Origin: an uncultured Ruficoccus sp.
Lineage (GTDB): Bacteria > Verrucomicrobiota > Verrucomicrobiia > Opitutales > Cerasicoccaceae
Length of the DNA stretch: 64,000 bases
Reading direction: 5' to 3'
NCBI GenBank assembly: GCA_965140785.1
Contig: OZ223475.1
Location: forward strand, 32,001 to 96,000
The notes below the pieces were generated by a model that ran no database searches, was not told where the DNA came from, and saw only the letters and a list, made by a program, of their open reading frames with translations. A program made the translations under genes and the position numbers. This document shows positions 37,816-46,580 of this stretch, piece by piece. Each line of letters opens with the position of its first letter. Within the stretch, counting starts at the first letter, position 1.

Positions 37816-38454
37816 ATGCAGAGGGAGGCGGCCATTCATTCAATGAGAATCGCATTCTTCGCCCAGCACCGCATCACCTTGACGCGGACCGCCCTTGTTT
37901 TACTCGTTTTGCCGCTGTTTTTTTGCTCCAGCGCCTGGGAGCCGTTTTCGCATTTGCTGTCGGAATCGCTCTTTGCGGTAGGGATTGCGTTGGCCGGGGT
38001 CGGCGTCATCGGGCGGATATGGTGCTTCAGCTACATATCCGGGCGCAAGCAGACCGAGTTGGTGACGCAGGGCCCTTATTCTCTGACGCGGAATCCGCTT
38101 TACCTCTTTTCCATGGTGGCAGTGGTGGGGGTCGCCTTTACCAGTGAAACGCTGCTGCTGCCGTTGTTGGTGTTCATCGTATTTCTCCTGAGCTACCCGG
38201 CCGTGATCCGGCGCGAGGAAGGCGACCTGCTGAGGGTGCACGGAGCGGCATTCACCCGCTATTGCGAGACGACCCGGCGTTTCTGGCCGCGTTTTTCGCA
38301 CTACCGGGAGCCTGTCGAACTCCTGCTCAACCCCCGGGCCTTCCGCCGCGGCCTGCAGGATGTTATCTGGTTCATCGTGGCCTGCGGGATTTTTGAGATC
38401 ATTGAGGGCTTACAGGAGTCCGGGCTGATACCCGTCTATGTCCACCTGGTCTGA
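37816..38454 (+). CDS. Isoprenylcysteine carboxylmethyltransferase/PEMT-family membrane protein
   Basis: LVTQGPYSLTRNPLY, REEGDL...FTRYC...RFWP. Confidence 0.85.
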   Translation: MQREAAIHSMRIAFFAQHRITLTRTALVLLVLPLFFCSSAWEPFSHLLSESLFAVGIALAGVGVIGRIWCFSYISGRKQTELVTQGPYSLTRNPLYLFSMVAVVGVAFTSETLLLPLLVFIVFLLSYPAVIRREEGDLLRVHGAAFTRYCETTRRFWPRFSHYREPVELLLNPRAFRRGLQDVIWFIVACGIFEIIEGLQESGLIPVYVHLV

Positions 38455-38488
38455 GTGCCAGCGTGACTCCCTGTTGCCCTCCGGATAC

Positions 38489-38513
38489 AAAAAAGCCCGC
38501 TTGATTGCGGGCT
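38489..38513 (-). terminator. Terminator, probably the original tRNA-Leu terminator displaced by the integrated element
   Basis: Minus strand AGCCCGC-AATCAA-GCGGGCT followed by a T run, immediately beyond the att copy. Confidence 0.7.
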
Positions 38514-38650
38514 AAAAAGTGGTGCTCAGGGAGGGAAGGAGACTAGGCGCTCAATCCCGCTTCAAGCCTGTGTTTATGCGGGTTCCGGGTTTTGGCTAGT
38601 TTGGGCTTGCGTGCTTTAATTAGGGTATGTTTGTATGAATCTGTATTGAA

Positions 38651-39901
38651 ATGCCAAGCCCGAAATCCACAAAACGCCCGAGCTACCCCAAGTCCATCAA
38701 GCGCGGGAATGTCTGTGTGAAGGTTTACCGGGTGAAGCACCCCCGCGTAAAGGCGGGCGTGGTCTATTCCGTCGCCTGGTACGATGAGACCGGGAGCCGA
38801 AGGCAAAAGCAGTACACGGACCCGGCAGAGGCCGACAAAGAAGCCGTCATCAAAGCCGATAAACTTGCCGCCGGAGAGTTACGGGCGGCAGATGCCACGA
38901 TGGCCGACCTACGGGAGCTTGAGCGGGCGCGGCAACTGGCACACCCCGAACCCGTCCTTGCTGCCTTGGATGAATGGCGGCAGGCACGGGAAGCCTGTCA
39001 GGGGCCGATCCTGCCCGCCGCTAAGGCATGGGCAGAGCGAAACCGCCCCTCCTTTAAGGTCAAGACCGTCAAAGAGGTCTCAGAGCTATTTATGGCCGCT
39101 AAGAAGGCGGCTGGCATCAAGACCAGCGAGAGCTACGAGCGGACTCTCCCTGCCTTTCTGGAGGCCGTAGGAGGGCAGCAGATGCACACGGTAGGGGCAA
39201 GACGCCTTCAAAAGTATCTGGAACGCTACGGAAACCCCGTTTCACGCAACACGCACCGTAAACGGATTGTTACCCTGTGGAGGTGGGCACGCCGGGCGGG
39301 CTACCTGCCTAGAGACGTGCAGACCGAAGCGGAGTTGACCGACCGGGCGCAAGAGACGGCAACCGACATCGGAATCATAGAACCGGATACCTTCTTTGCG
39401 CTCTTGCGACTTATCGAGGCCAAGCACAAGCACTATATAGCCCCGCTTGCTCTTGCTGGGTTCTGTGGATTGCGACGCATTGAGATTCACGGGCAGCGAT
39501 GGGAAGACATTCACCTTGAGCGCGGCTTTGTGCGAGTCACCACCGCCAAAGCCCGCACCCCGGCCAAGCGGCTTGTCCCCCTGGTGGGAGAGGCGGGCGC
39601 GTGGCTCTCAAAGGTTGCGCAGCCTGCCGGGGAGGTTTCGCCGGGCAATACCTGGGTACTGGACAGAATTCGCGACATCGGGCGCACAGCGGGCTTTACG
39701 CTGCCGGAGAATTGCTTTCGGCATTCCTTTATCTCTGCCCGCGTGGCAGCAACCGGGAACCTTGAGCGGACCAGCCTGGAGGCCGGGAACAGCCCGAGAA
39801 TCATTCACCAGCATTACCGCGAGCTTATGACCGCAGATGAGGGCCGGGCATGGTTTGGAATCAAAGAGACCGAAGAGAGCAGCAAGGAGGGGGCGCTATG
39901 A
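38651..39901 (+). CDS. int: Tyrosine integrase
   Basis: GFCGLRRIEI, AK, FRHSF, AGNSPRIIHQHY catalytic motifs; next to the att site. Confidence 0.93.
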   Translation: MPSPKSTKRPSYPKSIKRGNVCVKVYRVKHPRVKAGVVYSVAWYDETGSRRQKQYTDPAEADKEAVIKADKLAAGELRAADATMADLRELERARQLAHPEPVLAALDEWRQAREACQGPILPAAKAWAERNRPSFKVKTVKEVSELFMAAKKAAGIKTSESYERTLPAFLEAVGGQQMHTVGARRLQKYLERYGNPVSRNTHRKRIVTLWRWARRAGYLPRDVQTEAELTDRAQETATDIGIIEPDTFFALLRLIEAKHKHYIAPLALAGFCGLRRIEIHGQRWEDIHLERGFVRVTTAKARTPAKRLVPLVGEAGAWLSKVAQPAGEVSPGNTWVLDRIRDIGRTAGFTLPENCFRHSFISARVAATGNLERTSLEAGNSPRIIHQHYRELMTADEGRAWFGIKETEESSKEGAL

Positions 39902-40728
39902 GTAGCGAATGGGGCAGCATGTCGGGTGAATGTCCGATTTTGGATGTTGATGGGATGAAAGTCCTTGGCCTTCCTGGGGCCAGTAATGAAAACACTGAGG
40001 CGATAACCTATGTTTATAAACATGCTCCTGACTCATTTAATGATTGGCGAGATGTTGGCGATTTCACCGGACAAGGAGCCATCGGTTGTTTATTAAGCTG
40101 TACTCACTGCTATGCGGATTTCTCAGTTCGATTTGACATTTATACACCCCCATCAGCAGAGAAAAAAGGGCGTATTGAAAGCATAATGCTGCCGTTTAAT
40201 TACGGATGTGGTATGGGGAATGGCACCTTTCAAGATGTTCGTCCTGAGACCAAAAGAGCCCGTGAGGACTGGCTTCAAAAAAACTTGTTTCTTAGCATGC
40301 GCAACAAATCATGCATGGAAGCTATTGAAGCTTTCAAAGTCGAATACAGTGCCCTTATTGGGACAACGATTTGGGCCGGCCTAAGCACTAAGGCAATTTA
40401 CAACGCGTGGAGAGCATTTGATAAAAGAAAAGAGAATTGGAATGATTCTATGGTTTTTCGCCCCTTATTGGCGGCTGGATGGGATGGTTTCTTTTCTCAT
40501 ATAAAGCCGCATCGTGAAATTCTAAATTATTTCCCGAAAAAGTATTTCCCACACCTTACCGAAGGTACTCTTTCAACCGCCATTTCTGGAATGAAACTTC
40601 CAAACGAGCCGGGGCCTATAAAAATTGATATCGACCCTGAATCATATTTCAAATTCGTGCTTATCAATCAGAGCTTACTTCAGCATGAAAACCCACGCAT
40701 ATTAAAATCCGTGTACACGGATACTTAG
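39898..40728 (+). CDS. Hypothetical protein (AT-rich cargo)
   Basis: ATG overlaps the integrase stop (ATGA) with AAGGAGG upstream; no family recognised. Confidence 0.7.
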   Translation: MSSEWGSMSGECPILDVDGMKVLGLPGASNENTEAITYVYKHAPDSFNDWRDVGDFTGQGAIGCLLSCTHCYADFSVRFDIYTPPSAEKKGRIESIMLPFNYGCGMGNGTFQDVRPETKRAREDWLQKNLFLSMRNKSCMEAIEAFKVEYSALIGTTIWAGLSTKAIYNAWRAFDKRKENWNDSMVFRPLLAAGWDGFFSHIKPHREILNYFPKKYFPHLTEGTLSTAISGMKLPNEPGPIKIDIDPESYFKFVLINQSLLQHENPRILKSVYTDT

Positions 40729-40765
40729 CAAGATATTTCCCCATGCTTCCCCTATTGTTAGGGGC

Positions 40766-40984
40766 ATGGAAAACAGCATATCCGAACTAAAGCCGTCATC
40801 CTGGGCCATGCAGCGCCTGGGGTTCAGTGACCGGGTTTCCTTCCTTCAATTCGTGAAGAGGGAAGGTGTCCCGTTTTACCGCGTATCCGCACGCAACTTT
40901 AAGTTTTCCCCGCAAGAGGTGGAGGCTTGGCTTGAGGCCCGCCGCGTGGGAGGCCCAAGGGGAAAGGCGAGCTATGCGGGGTAA
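40766..40984 (+). CDS. AlpA/excisionase-like HTH protein
   Basis: 72 aa, VKREGVPFYRVSARNFKFSPQEVEAWLE (HTH_17-like). Confidence 0.75.
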   Translation: MENSISELKPSSWAMQRLGFSDRVSFLQFVKREGVPFYRVSARNFKFSPQEVEAWLEARRVGGPRGKASYAG

Positions 40985-41102
40985 GAAGCGCAAGAAGCTT
41001 ATCCGATGGGTGGACCGTTGCCTTGCCAATGGATATGTCCCGTATGGCTGGCCAAAGCGCCGTTGCCTATCCGCAAGGGGGGCGGGGCGTCATGAGGGCT
41101 GA
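40974..41102 (+). CDS. Small basic hypothetical protein
   Basis: MRGKKRKKLIRWVDRCLANG...; overlaps both neighbours in operon fashion. Confidence 0.4.
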   Translation: MRGKKRKKLIRWVDRCLANGYVPYGWPKRRCLSARGAGRHEG

Positions 41103-41277
41103 CCGTTTCAAACAAACCGCCCGCCGCCTGGGCTGTGTTTCCGGGCGTGATCTGCTGGCTAGGTTGCCCATAGACGCCAGCGACACCGTAAAGGGCTTCA
41201 CCATAGTTGACACAGTTACGACTGAGCAGCAGGCCCGTGAGCTTGCGAAGGCGGTATCGGATAGGAGCGCCCGATAA
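41092..41277 (+). CDS. Small hypothetical protein
   Basis: MRADRFKQTARR...; its TAA overlaps the rep ATG (TAATG). Confidence 0.55.
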   Translation: MRADRFKQTARRLGCVSGRDLLARLPIDASDTVKGFTIVDTVTTEQQARELAKAVSDRSAR

Positions 41278-42212
41278 TGAGCAGTGGGGCAGACTGGCAA
41301 TACACGATTCACAGCTCGTTAGACGACGCTGGGCTAGCCGCTAAGCCGTTTCGGGTGCTCTGCCATGTCTTGAGGCGCGGCAACTGCACTGAGAGCGTTG
41401 AAAACATGGCGAAGCATGTTGGGTTCAGTGCGAAATGCGTTCGAGAGGCGTTGCGTGAATTGATAGCCGAGCGCGGCATGATCGAGCGCCAGACGCGGAA
41501 AGGGCGTACATCCATTTATCGAGGGTTGCCCCCTGAGAGGTGGAAAACGAACCCCTCCCCAAAATCGCAAGGGGTACCCAAAACCGTAAGGGGTGGGGTA
41601 TCCAAAATCGACAGGGGGGACTCTCCGAAAACGACAGGGGACCCCTCCCCAAAACCGACAGACGAAGGAAATCCTATTAAGGAAATAAAGAAGGAAGGAG
41701 GGGAGGAAGGAAGCCCACCCCCCGCCATGCTTTCTTTTGATGGATATGAGGCAGCAGATGTTTTCCCGTCGAAATGGCCCGAGATCCTGCAAGCTCTCTC
41801 ATCCATCGAAAATCCCGACGAGCATACCCGCAGACGTATTGCTGTGGCTCGTCTTTGTCACAGTCGTCGAGATAGCTACAACCCGACCCCGGAAGAGATC
41901 GACGGGGAGTTGGCACGCATGATAACCGGCGCTGGAAACTTCGGTACAGTGGGCAGCAAAAGCAGCGGGCGAAACACTGGAACAGCAAACGAAGGAACGC
42001 GCTACGGACGAACTGACCGTGGAGCCGAAATTTTAGACAGACTCACCGAAGCCGAACTGAGGGCTCTTGAGTCACTTCCCGAGCCTGAACAATGGGAAGA
42101 ATTTATGAGCGAGGTATACAAACAGCAAAGGAAGTGGGAAACCGTATCGGAATACCTCAGGCCGCAACTGACAGCCGAGTGTAACGCTTGGGTGCAGGAC
42201 CGTACTTTCTGA
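41277..42212 (+). CDS. Phage-type replication initiator with N-terminal winged HTH and internal iterons
   Basis: SVENMAKHVGFSAKCVREALRELIAERGMIERQTRKGRTSIY HTH, followed by a repeat-encoded Pro/Lys/Gly linker. Confidence 0.7.
   Translation: MSSGADWQYTIHSSLDDAGLAAKPFRVLCHVLRRGNCTESVENMAKHVGFSAKCVREALRELIAERGMIERQTRKGRTSIYRGLPPERWKTNPSPKSQGVPKTVRGGVSKIDRGDSPKTTGDPSPKPTDEGNPIKEIKKEGGEEGSPPPAMLSFDGYEAADVFPSKWPEILQALSSIENPDEHTRRRIAVARLCHSRRDSYNPTPEEIDGELARMITGAGNFGTVGSKSSGRNTGTANEGTRYGRTDRGAEILDRLTEAELRALESLPEPEQWEEFMSEVYKQQRKWETVSEYLRPQLTAECNAWVQDRTF
41551..41661. repeat. Five iteron-like repeats, consensus CC(A/G)AAANCGN(C/A)AG(GGG)
   Basis: CCAAAATCGCAAGGGG, CCAAAACCGTAAGGGG, CCAAAATCGACAGGGG, CCGAAAACGACAGGGG, CCAAAACCGACAG; ACCCCTCCCCAAAA is exact at 41551 and 41641. 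Confidence 0.75.
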
Positions 42213-42264
42213 TGCCCCATTTACACCCTTGACAAATATACGCATTATGAGGATATTTAAAGAC

Positions 42265-42564
42265 GTGATTTTCATTGAGACCCCGATCTTTACCGATGAC
42301 TGGAATGATGAGGGCTTGGAAGATGAACAGCTACGAGCTTTGCAGAACGAAATCCTGCAAGGCAAAGGCGACATTATGCCGGGCACGGGTGGTTTCAGGA
42401 AAATCCGTATGGCCCGGAAGGGAGGCGGCAAGAGCGGCGGCTATCGAGTGATTTACTATCTCCAGACAGCCGACTTTTGCTTCTTGGTGTATTTCTACGC
42501 GAAAAACAAACAGGTCAACCTTACTCCCAAGCAGGCCAAGGAACTAAAGAAACTGATCGAATGA
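42265..42564 (+). CDS. RelE/HigB-family toxin
   Basis: MIFIETPIF...GDIMPGTGGFRKIR...GGKSGGYRVIYY...YAKN; start placed at GTG 42265. Confidence 0.88.
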   Translation: MIFIETPIFTDDWNDEGLEDEQLRALQNEILQGKGDIMPGTGGFRKIRMARKGGGKSGGYRVIYYLQTADFCFLVYFYAKNKQVNLTPKQAKELKKLIE

Positions 42565-42575
42565 AAGGGACGGTT

Positions 42576-42857
42576 ATGGATAACAAAGACTTTAAGCGCC
42601 TGAAAGATTCCGTACGCCAGATGAAGGCCATCCAAAACGGCGAAATGCCCGCCGGGCGCGTTACCATGCGCCGGGGCCGCGCTCCCGCCGTGGAAACGGA
42701 AATCGCCCGTATCCGGCTGGAGACAGGCTTATCCCAAGCCGCCTTTGCCAAGAAGCTGAAAACGCCCCTCAAGACCTATCAGGGGTGGGAGCAGGGACGC
42801 GCAACGCCCCCCGTTGCCCTGGTAGCTGCCAGGCTCTTGAAAGAGACCGTCTCCTAA
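42576..42857 (+). CDS. HigA-like XRE antitoxin
   Basis: IRLETGLSQAAFAKKLKTPLKTYQGWEQGR; downstream of the toxin. Confidence 0.88.
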   Translation: MDNKDFKRLKDSVRQMKAIQNGEMPAGRVTMRRGRAPAVETEIARIRLETGLSQAAFAKKLKTPLKTYQGWEQGRATPPVALVAARLLKETVS

Positions 42858-42861
42858 CCCG

Positions 42862-42889
42862 AAGCCCTGCCATGCGCGGGGCTTTTTTG
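42862..42889 (+). terminator. Intrinsic terminator after the TA operon
   Basis: AAGCCCTGC-CAT-GCGCGGGGCTTTTTT. Confidence 0.7.
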
Positions 42890-42928
42890 TGGCTGGACCT
42901 AATAGGTGACTGTGATAGTTCTAAACTC

Positions 42929-43819
42929 ATGGCTAAGAAGCTGTCCCCGATCCAAGCAGCCTTACTCCGCTTCAACGGCATTGATCCAGACGGGTTAGAT
43001 ACCCTCGACTATGAAATTGAACTGGATAATCTCAGTAAGCACGGTGACCGTCGCCTGATAGACATCTGGCAAGACTACCGAGGCGAGCATGAAGAAGAGA
43101 TTTTGAAAGAAGGGCCGGAAGTCGTGCCATTTGGGATTGGAGAGCGTTTACTTAAAGAGAAGTTGAGTAAGCCCAAAGTACCTACACCAAAGAAAGCGCC
43201 AACTAAGATTGTTCTGTCAAAAACACAGGCAGAAAGCCGAGAAGGCAAAGAATTGGTTCAACTGATTTGTCGTACATGCAGTTCTACCGAGCTATCAAAA
43301 GACGACCTTAAGAAATTGCGATCTGAAGTCACGAAATACGAAAAGACATGGGATGGCCACGGGGGTGTCATATTCTTGATCGGGCAAATAAACATGCACA
43401 TTGCCGACATGCAGGGCAATGCCCTCTCCTTGGAGCAAAGGATTGCGCTAGAGAACGCCATGCTTCGGCTTCTACCAAAATCCATGAGGGACAATACATC
43501 TATTGCCATCTCTAAACGCCTGGAGAGTGAGCCGATTTCAAAAGGGCAAATTAGTATGCTTCAGTTTTATGGGGTGACGGATAGTCTTGAGGGCATGTTT
43601 TTTGCTGAGGCTAAACGCAGAATTGATGAACTCGGAGTAGCTGACCTAAAGCAGCATATGGCCCGACAAAAAGCAGGCCGGAAAAAAAGAATGAAAGAGG
43701 TGAAGCGGGAAATAGGGCTTCGGGACGCACAAAAGTCTGGATGTGCCCTCATTATCGGCTTGGCTGTGCTCTTGCTCGTTTTGGGAACTGGAGTTGTTGT
43801 TGCATCACAACTGCCATAG
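42929..43819 (+). CDS. Hypothetical protein with C-terminal TM anchor (AT-rich cargo)
   Basis: Starts MAKKLSPIQ, ends CALIIGLAVLLLVLGTGVVVASQLP. Confidence 0.72.
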   Translation: MAKKLSPIQAALLRFNGIDPDGLDTLDYEIELDNLSKHGDRRLIDIWQDYRGEHEEEILKEGPEVVPFGIGERLLKEKLSKPKVPTPKKAPTKIVLSKTQAESREGKELVQLICRTCSSTELSKDDLKKLRSEVTKYEKTWDGHGGVIFLIGQINMHIADMQGNALSLEQRIALENAMLRLLPKSMRDNTSIAISKRLESEPISKGQISMLQFYGVTDSLEGMFFAEAKRRIDELGVADLKQHMARQKAGRKKRMKEVKREIGLRDAQKSGCALIIGLAVLLLVLGTGVVVASQLP

Positions 43820-43996
43820 GGGGGGCAAATCTCTGGAGGGAACGGCCCTGACACCGACCGTGAAGCTTAGAAAAAAATTCGCCCAAATTTTAAGAGGGGG
43901 GGGGTAAGGGGGGTACCCCTAAAAACTTCATGTGTTTTTTTTCGCACTTACAGCACGGTGTCAGAGCTATAGGGTCTAGGTATTTTCACACCCCAT
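43816..43996. repeat. Two ~85-bp cos-like modules in inverted orientation
   Basis: 43816 onward aligns without gaps to the reverse complement of 43996 backward: G run, AAAT, CTGACACCG core, AAG, A7-8, TTTT. Confidence 0.65.
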
Positions 43997-44053
43997 GCCT
44001 ATAGGCACACGCTATTGAATGCCTTGAAGGCAGACACATTTCTTTTCAGGCGT

Positions 44054-44368
44054 TCATGCCTCAGCTTCTACGCTCTCAAGAAGCTGCTGTGCTAGGCGAC
44101 GTGCCACCGCAGGAGGGAGGTATGCGCATGCCGACTCTTGACCCCAGCCCATAATCAAGCAAGGGCATCCGGTACCATCGGCATTAGGTTCTACATTGAT
44201 TGTGCATTCCTGACCGCCGTTTCCCCCGTAAACGGTTGGCGTGGAGAGCTGTCCGAATTCTTCGGTAATGAGGCCCTTTATTCGTTCGATAACTGAAACG
44301 CTACGTTGGGCAGGCAGTATCCCGATGGCGTTGCCGATCGAATACATCTCGTCATCTATCTTTTTCAC
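44054..44368 (-). CDS. Small hypothetical protein
   Basis: GTG start preceded by AAAGGAAAG; 104 aa. Confidence 0.55.
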   Translation of the reverse strand: MKKIDDEMYSIGNAIGILPAQRSVSVIERIKGLITEEFGQLSTPTVYGGNGGQECTINVEPNADGTGCPCLIMGWGQESACAYLPPAVARRLAQQLLESVEAEA

Positions 44369-44463
44369 AGTGCTTTCCTTTGATTTAGGTTTGTATGGGA
44401 TTTGTATGTAACAAAACAGGCAAATCCATAACTAGCCTATAACAAGGAACTTACAAAAAACAT

Positions 44464-44548
44464 TGGTGCTCAGGGAGGGATTCGAACCCTCACACCTTGC
44501 GGCACTGCCGCCTGAAGACAGCGTGTCTGCCAATTCCACCACCTGAGC
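44464..44548 (-). tRNA. tRNA-Leu(CAG)
   Basis: GCTCAGGTGGTGGAATTGGCAGACACG; anticodon arm CTGTC-TTCAGGC-GGCAG; long variable arm; CCA. Confidence 0.97.
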
Positions 44549-44631
44549 AGCTGTGAAAAGGTGGACAAAATCGTGCGCGGGGGAAACTGTCAAGCGACTT
44601 TCCGCACTTCGTCAGGAAAAAACGTGAGGGG

Positions 44632-45366
44632 TCAGGATTTGGGCAGGTAGTCACGGATGGCGGGCAGGGCGATTTCGCGGTGACCGGAGGGCAGGCGGGC
44701 CAGGTAGACGTCGGCCTTTGGGGTGAGGTCGATGACCTCATCGGGCAGTTCGTCCTCGTCCAGCTCCAGCTCGTCGATGGGGTCGAGATTGTCAAAAACA
44801 TGGCTGAGCCGCCGCGGTTCGGGGTGGAGCAGGCGCGGTGGATTGGCGACCTTGCCCTTTTTTACCAGCTCGAAGAGGCAGGGAAAGTGGCGCTTTTTAA
44901 AGCTCAGCTCAAAGTCCCGCATCCATTTATTGCTGGCGTCCTCGCGGCGGTTGAGCAGCACGCAGTCGCAGAAGTGGATCAGCGCCTCGAACCAGGGGCC
45001 GAGCGCCGGTTCCTTTTCTGCCAGGGCGCAGTCGATGACAGCGATCACACGCTGGAGTTCGGCCCCGGTTGCGCCGAGCCAGCGTTTGAAGACCTCGATC
45101 TCATCACGAAAGTCTCCGCTGCCGTTGGCGAGGTAGAAAACGGTCGCTCCGGCGTCCGGAGCGGGGGCGAGCCCGTCGTCCTCGCGCTCGATGATCTCGA
45201 CCTGGGGCAGGGCCGCCAGTTGCTCGTCAAAGGACGAATCGGCCTCCGTGGCCGAGAGGATAATATTGACGGGCTGGTTGGGCTCCAGACCGCCCTCGAT
45301 GAGGTCGAGGACGACTTCGCGTCGACCGGCGCCGGGCGTGCCGAGGATGAGATAGGCTTCGGTCAT
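44632..45366 (-). CDS. Degenerate CobW/P-loop-like protein
   Basis: LILGTPGAGRR, VIAVIDC, DCVLLNR. Confidence 0.6.
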   Translation of the reverse strand: MTEAYLILGTPGAGRREVVLDLIEGGLEPNQPVNIILSATEADSSFDEQLAALPQVEIIEREDDGLAPAPDAGATVFYLANGSGDFRDEIEVFKRWLGATGAELQRVIAVIDCALAEKEPALGPWFEALIHFCDCVLLNRREDASNKWMRDFELSFKKRHFPCLFELVKKGKVANPPRLLHPEPRRLSHVFDNLDPIDELELDEDELPDEVIDLTPKADVYLARLPSGHREIALPAIRDYLPKS

Positions 45367-45436
45367 GAAAAGGGAAATATAATGCGGTTATCGGTCGGGC
45401 TCAATCAAGCGCCCCAAATAAGTGGCACGCGAAGGG

Positions 45437-46543
45437 TCACGGCTGACGGCCCTGATGGGCCATCCACAGGTCGGTCAGGACCAGCCAGGTCATGGCTTCG
45501 ACGATGGGGACGGCACGGGGCACCACGCAGGGGTCGTGCCGTCCGCGTCCGATCAACTCGGTCTCGGCCCCGGAGGTGTCCACTGTGGACTGTGGTTTCA
45601 TGATCGTCGCGGTGGGCTTGAAGCCGACCCGGAAGTACAGCTCCTCGCCGTTGCTGATCCCGCCCTGGACGCCGCCGGAGCGGTTCGAGCGGGTGCGTAT
45701 TTGGCCGCCCTTGTTTTCGAAAAGGTCGTTGTGGTCGGAGCCCTTCATTTGGGTGCCGGTAAAACCGCTGCCGATCTCGAAGGCCTTGGTCGCCGGGAGC
45801 GAGAGCATGGCCTTGCCCAGTTCGGCTTCCAGCCGGTCGAAGACCGGTTCACCCAGGCCGACGGGCAGCCCGCGCACGCGGCAGACAATGACCCCGCCGA
45901 CCGAATCACCCGCCGAGCGGGCCTCCTTGATGCGGGCGATCATCTTTTCGGCCATGGCCGGGTCCGGGCAGCGCACGGCGGAGGCTTCGACCTGCTCCAG
46001 GGTGGGGAAGGAAAGCTGGGGCGCTTCGCCACTGCCGAAGTCGTCCAGCCCGAGCGTGTGGATACGCTCGACATAGGCACGCACCTCGACGGCTCCCGCC
46101 TGCGCCAGGAGTGCCTTTTGAGCGACGGCCCCGGCGGCGACCCGGCCAATGGTCTCGCGGGCCGAGGAGCGCCCGCCGCCCTCGTGGTTGCGGATGCCGT
46201 ACTTGCTCTGGTAGGTATAGTCGGCATGCGAGGGGCGGAATTTGTCCTTCATCTCCGAGTAGGCCTCGGGCCGGTGGTCGGAGTTGGGCACGGTGATGGC
46301 GATGGGGGTGCCCAGGGTGCGGCCTTCGTACACACCGGAAACGATGGTGGCAGTGTCGGTTTCCTTGCGGGGGGTGGTGATGTCGCTCTGGCCGGGGCGG
46401 CGGCGGTCCAGCGCGGGCTGGATATCGTCCTGCGCGCTCAGGGGCAGATTGGGCGGGCAGCCGTCGATGACGACGCCGATGCCGCCCCCGTGGCTTTCGC
46501 CCCAGGTGCTGATACGGAAGAACTTGCCGAAGCTATTACCCAT
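45437..46543 (-). CDS. aroC: Chorismate synthase
   Basis: [50 protein letters not shown]. Confidence 0.96.
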   Translation of the reverse strand: MGNSFGKFFRISTWGESHGGGIGVVIDGCPPNLPLSAQDDIQPALDRRRPGQSDITTPRKETDTATIVSGVYEGRTLGTPIAITVPNSDHRPEAYSEMKDKFRPSHADYTYQSKYGIRNHEGGGRSSARETIGRVAAGAVAQKALLAQAGAVEVRAYVERIHTLGLDDFGSGEAPQLSFPTLEQVEASAVRCPDPAMAEKMIARIKEARSAGDSVGGVIVCRVRGLPVGLGEPVFDRLEAELGKAMLSLPATKAFEIGSGFTGTQMKGSDHNDLFENKGGQIRTRSNRSGGVQGGISNGEELYFRVGFKPTATIMKPQSTVDTSGAETELIGRGRHDPCVVPRAVPIVEAMTWLVLTDLWMAHQGRQP

Positions 46544-46580
46544 GCCGCCACAATGACGGTGCCCCGGCTTCGGTAAAAGT

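Larger units (their letters stand above)
38520..44480. mobile_element. ~6 kb integrative element in tRNA-Leu(CAG); candidate phage satellite
   Basis: 17-bp direct repeat TGGTGCTCAGGGAGGGA at 38520-38536 and 44464-44480 (tRNA 3' end); integrase, AlpA-like, Rep and TA genes; no structural genes. Confidence 0.88.

Noticed and set aside
41551..41661. Mini CRISPR array
   Set aside because: Repeats are short, degenerate, nearly adjacent and inside a CDS; no spacers or cas genes anywhere in the window
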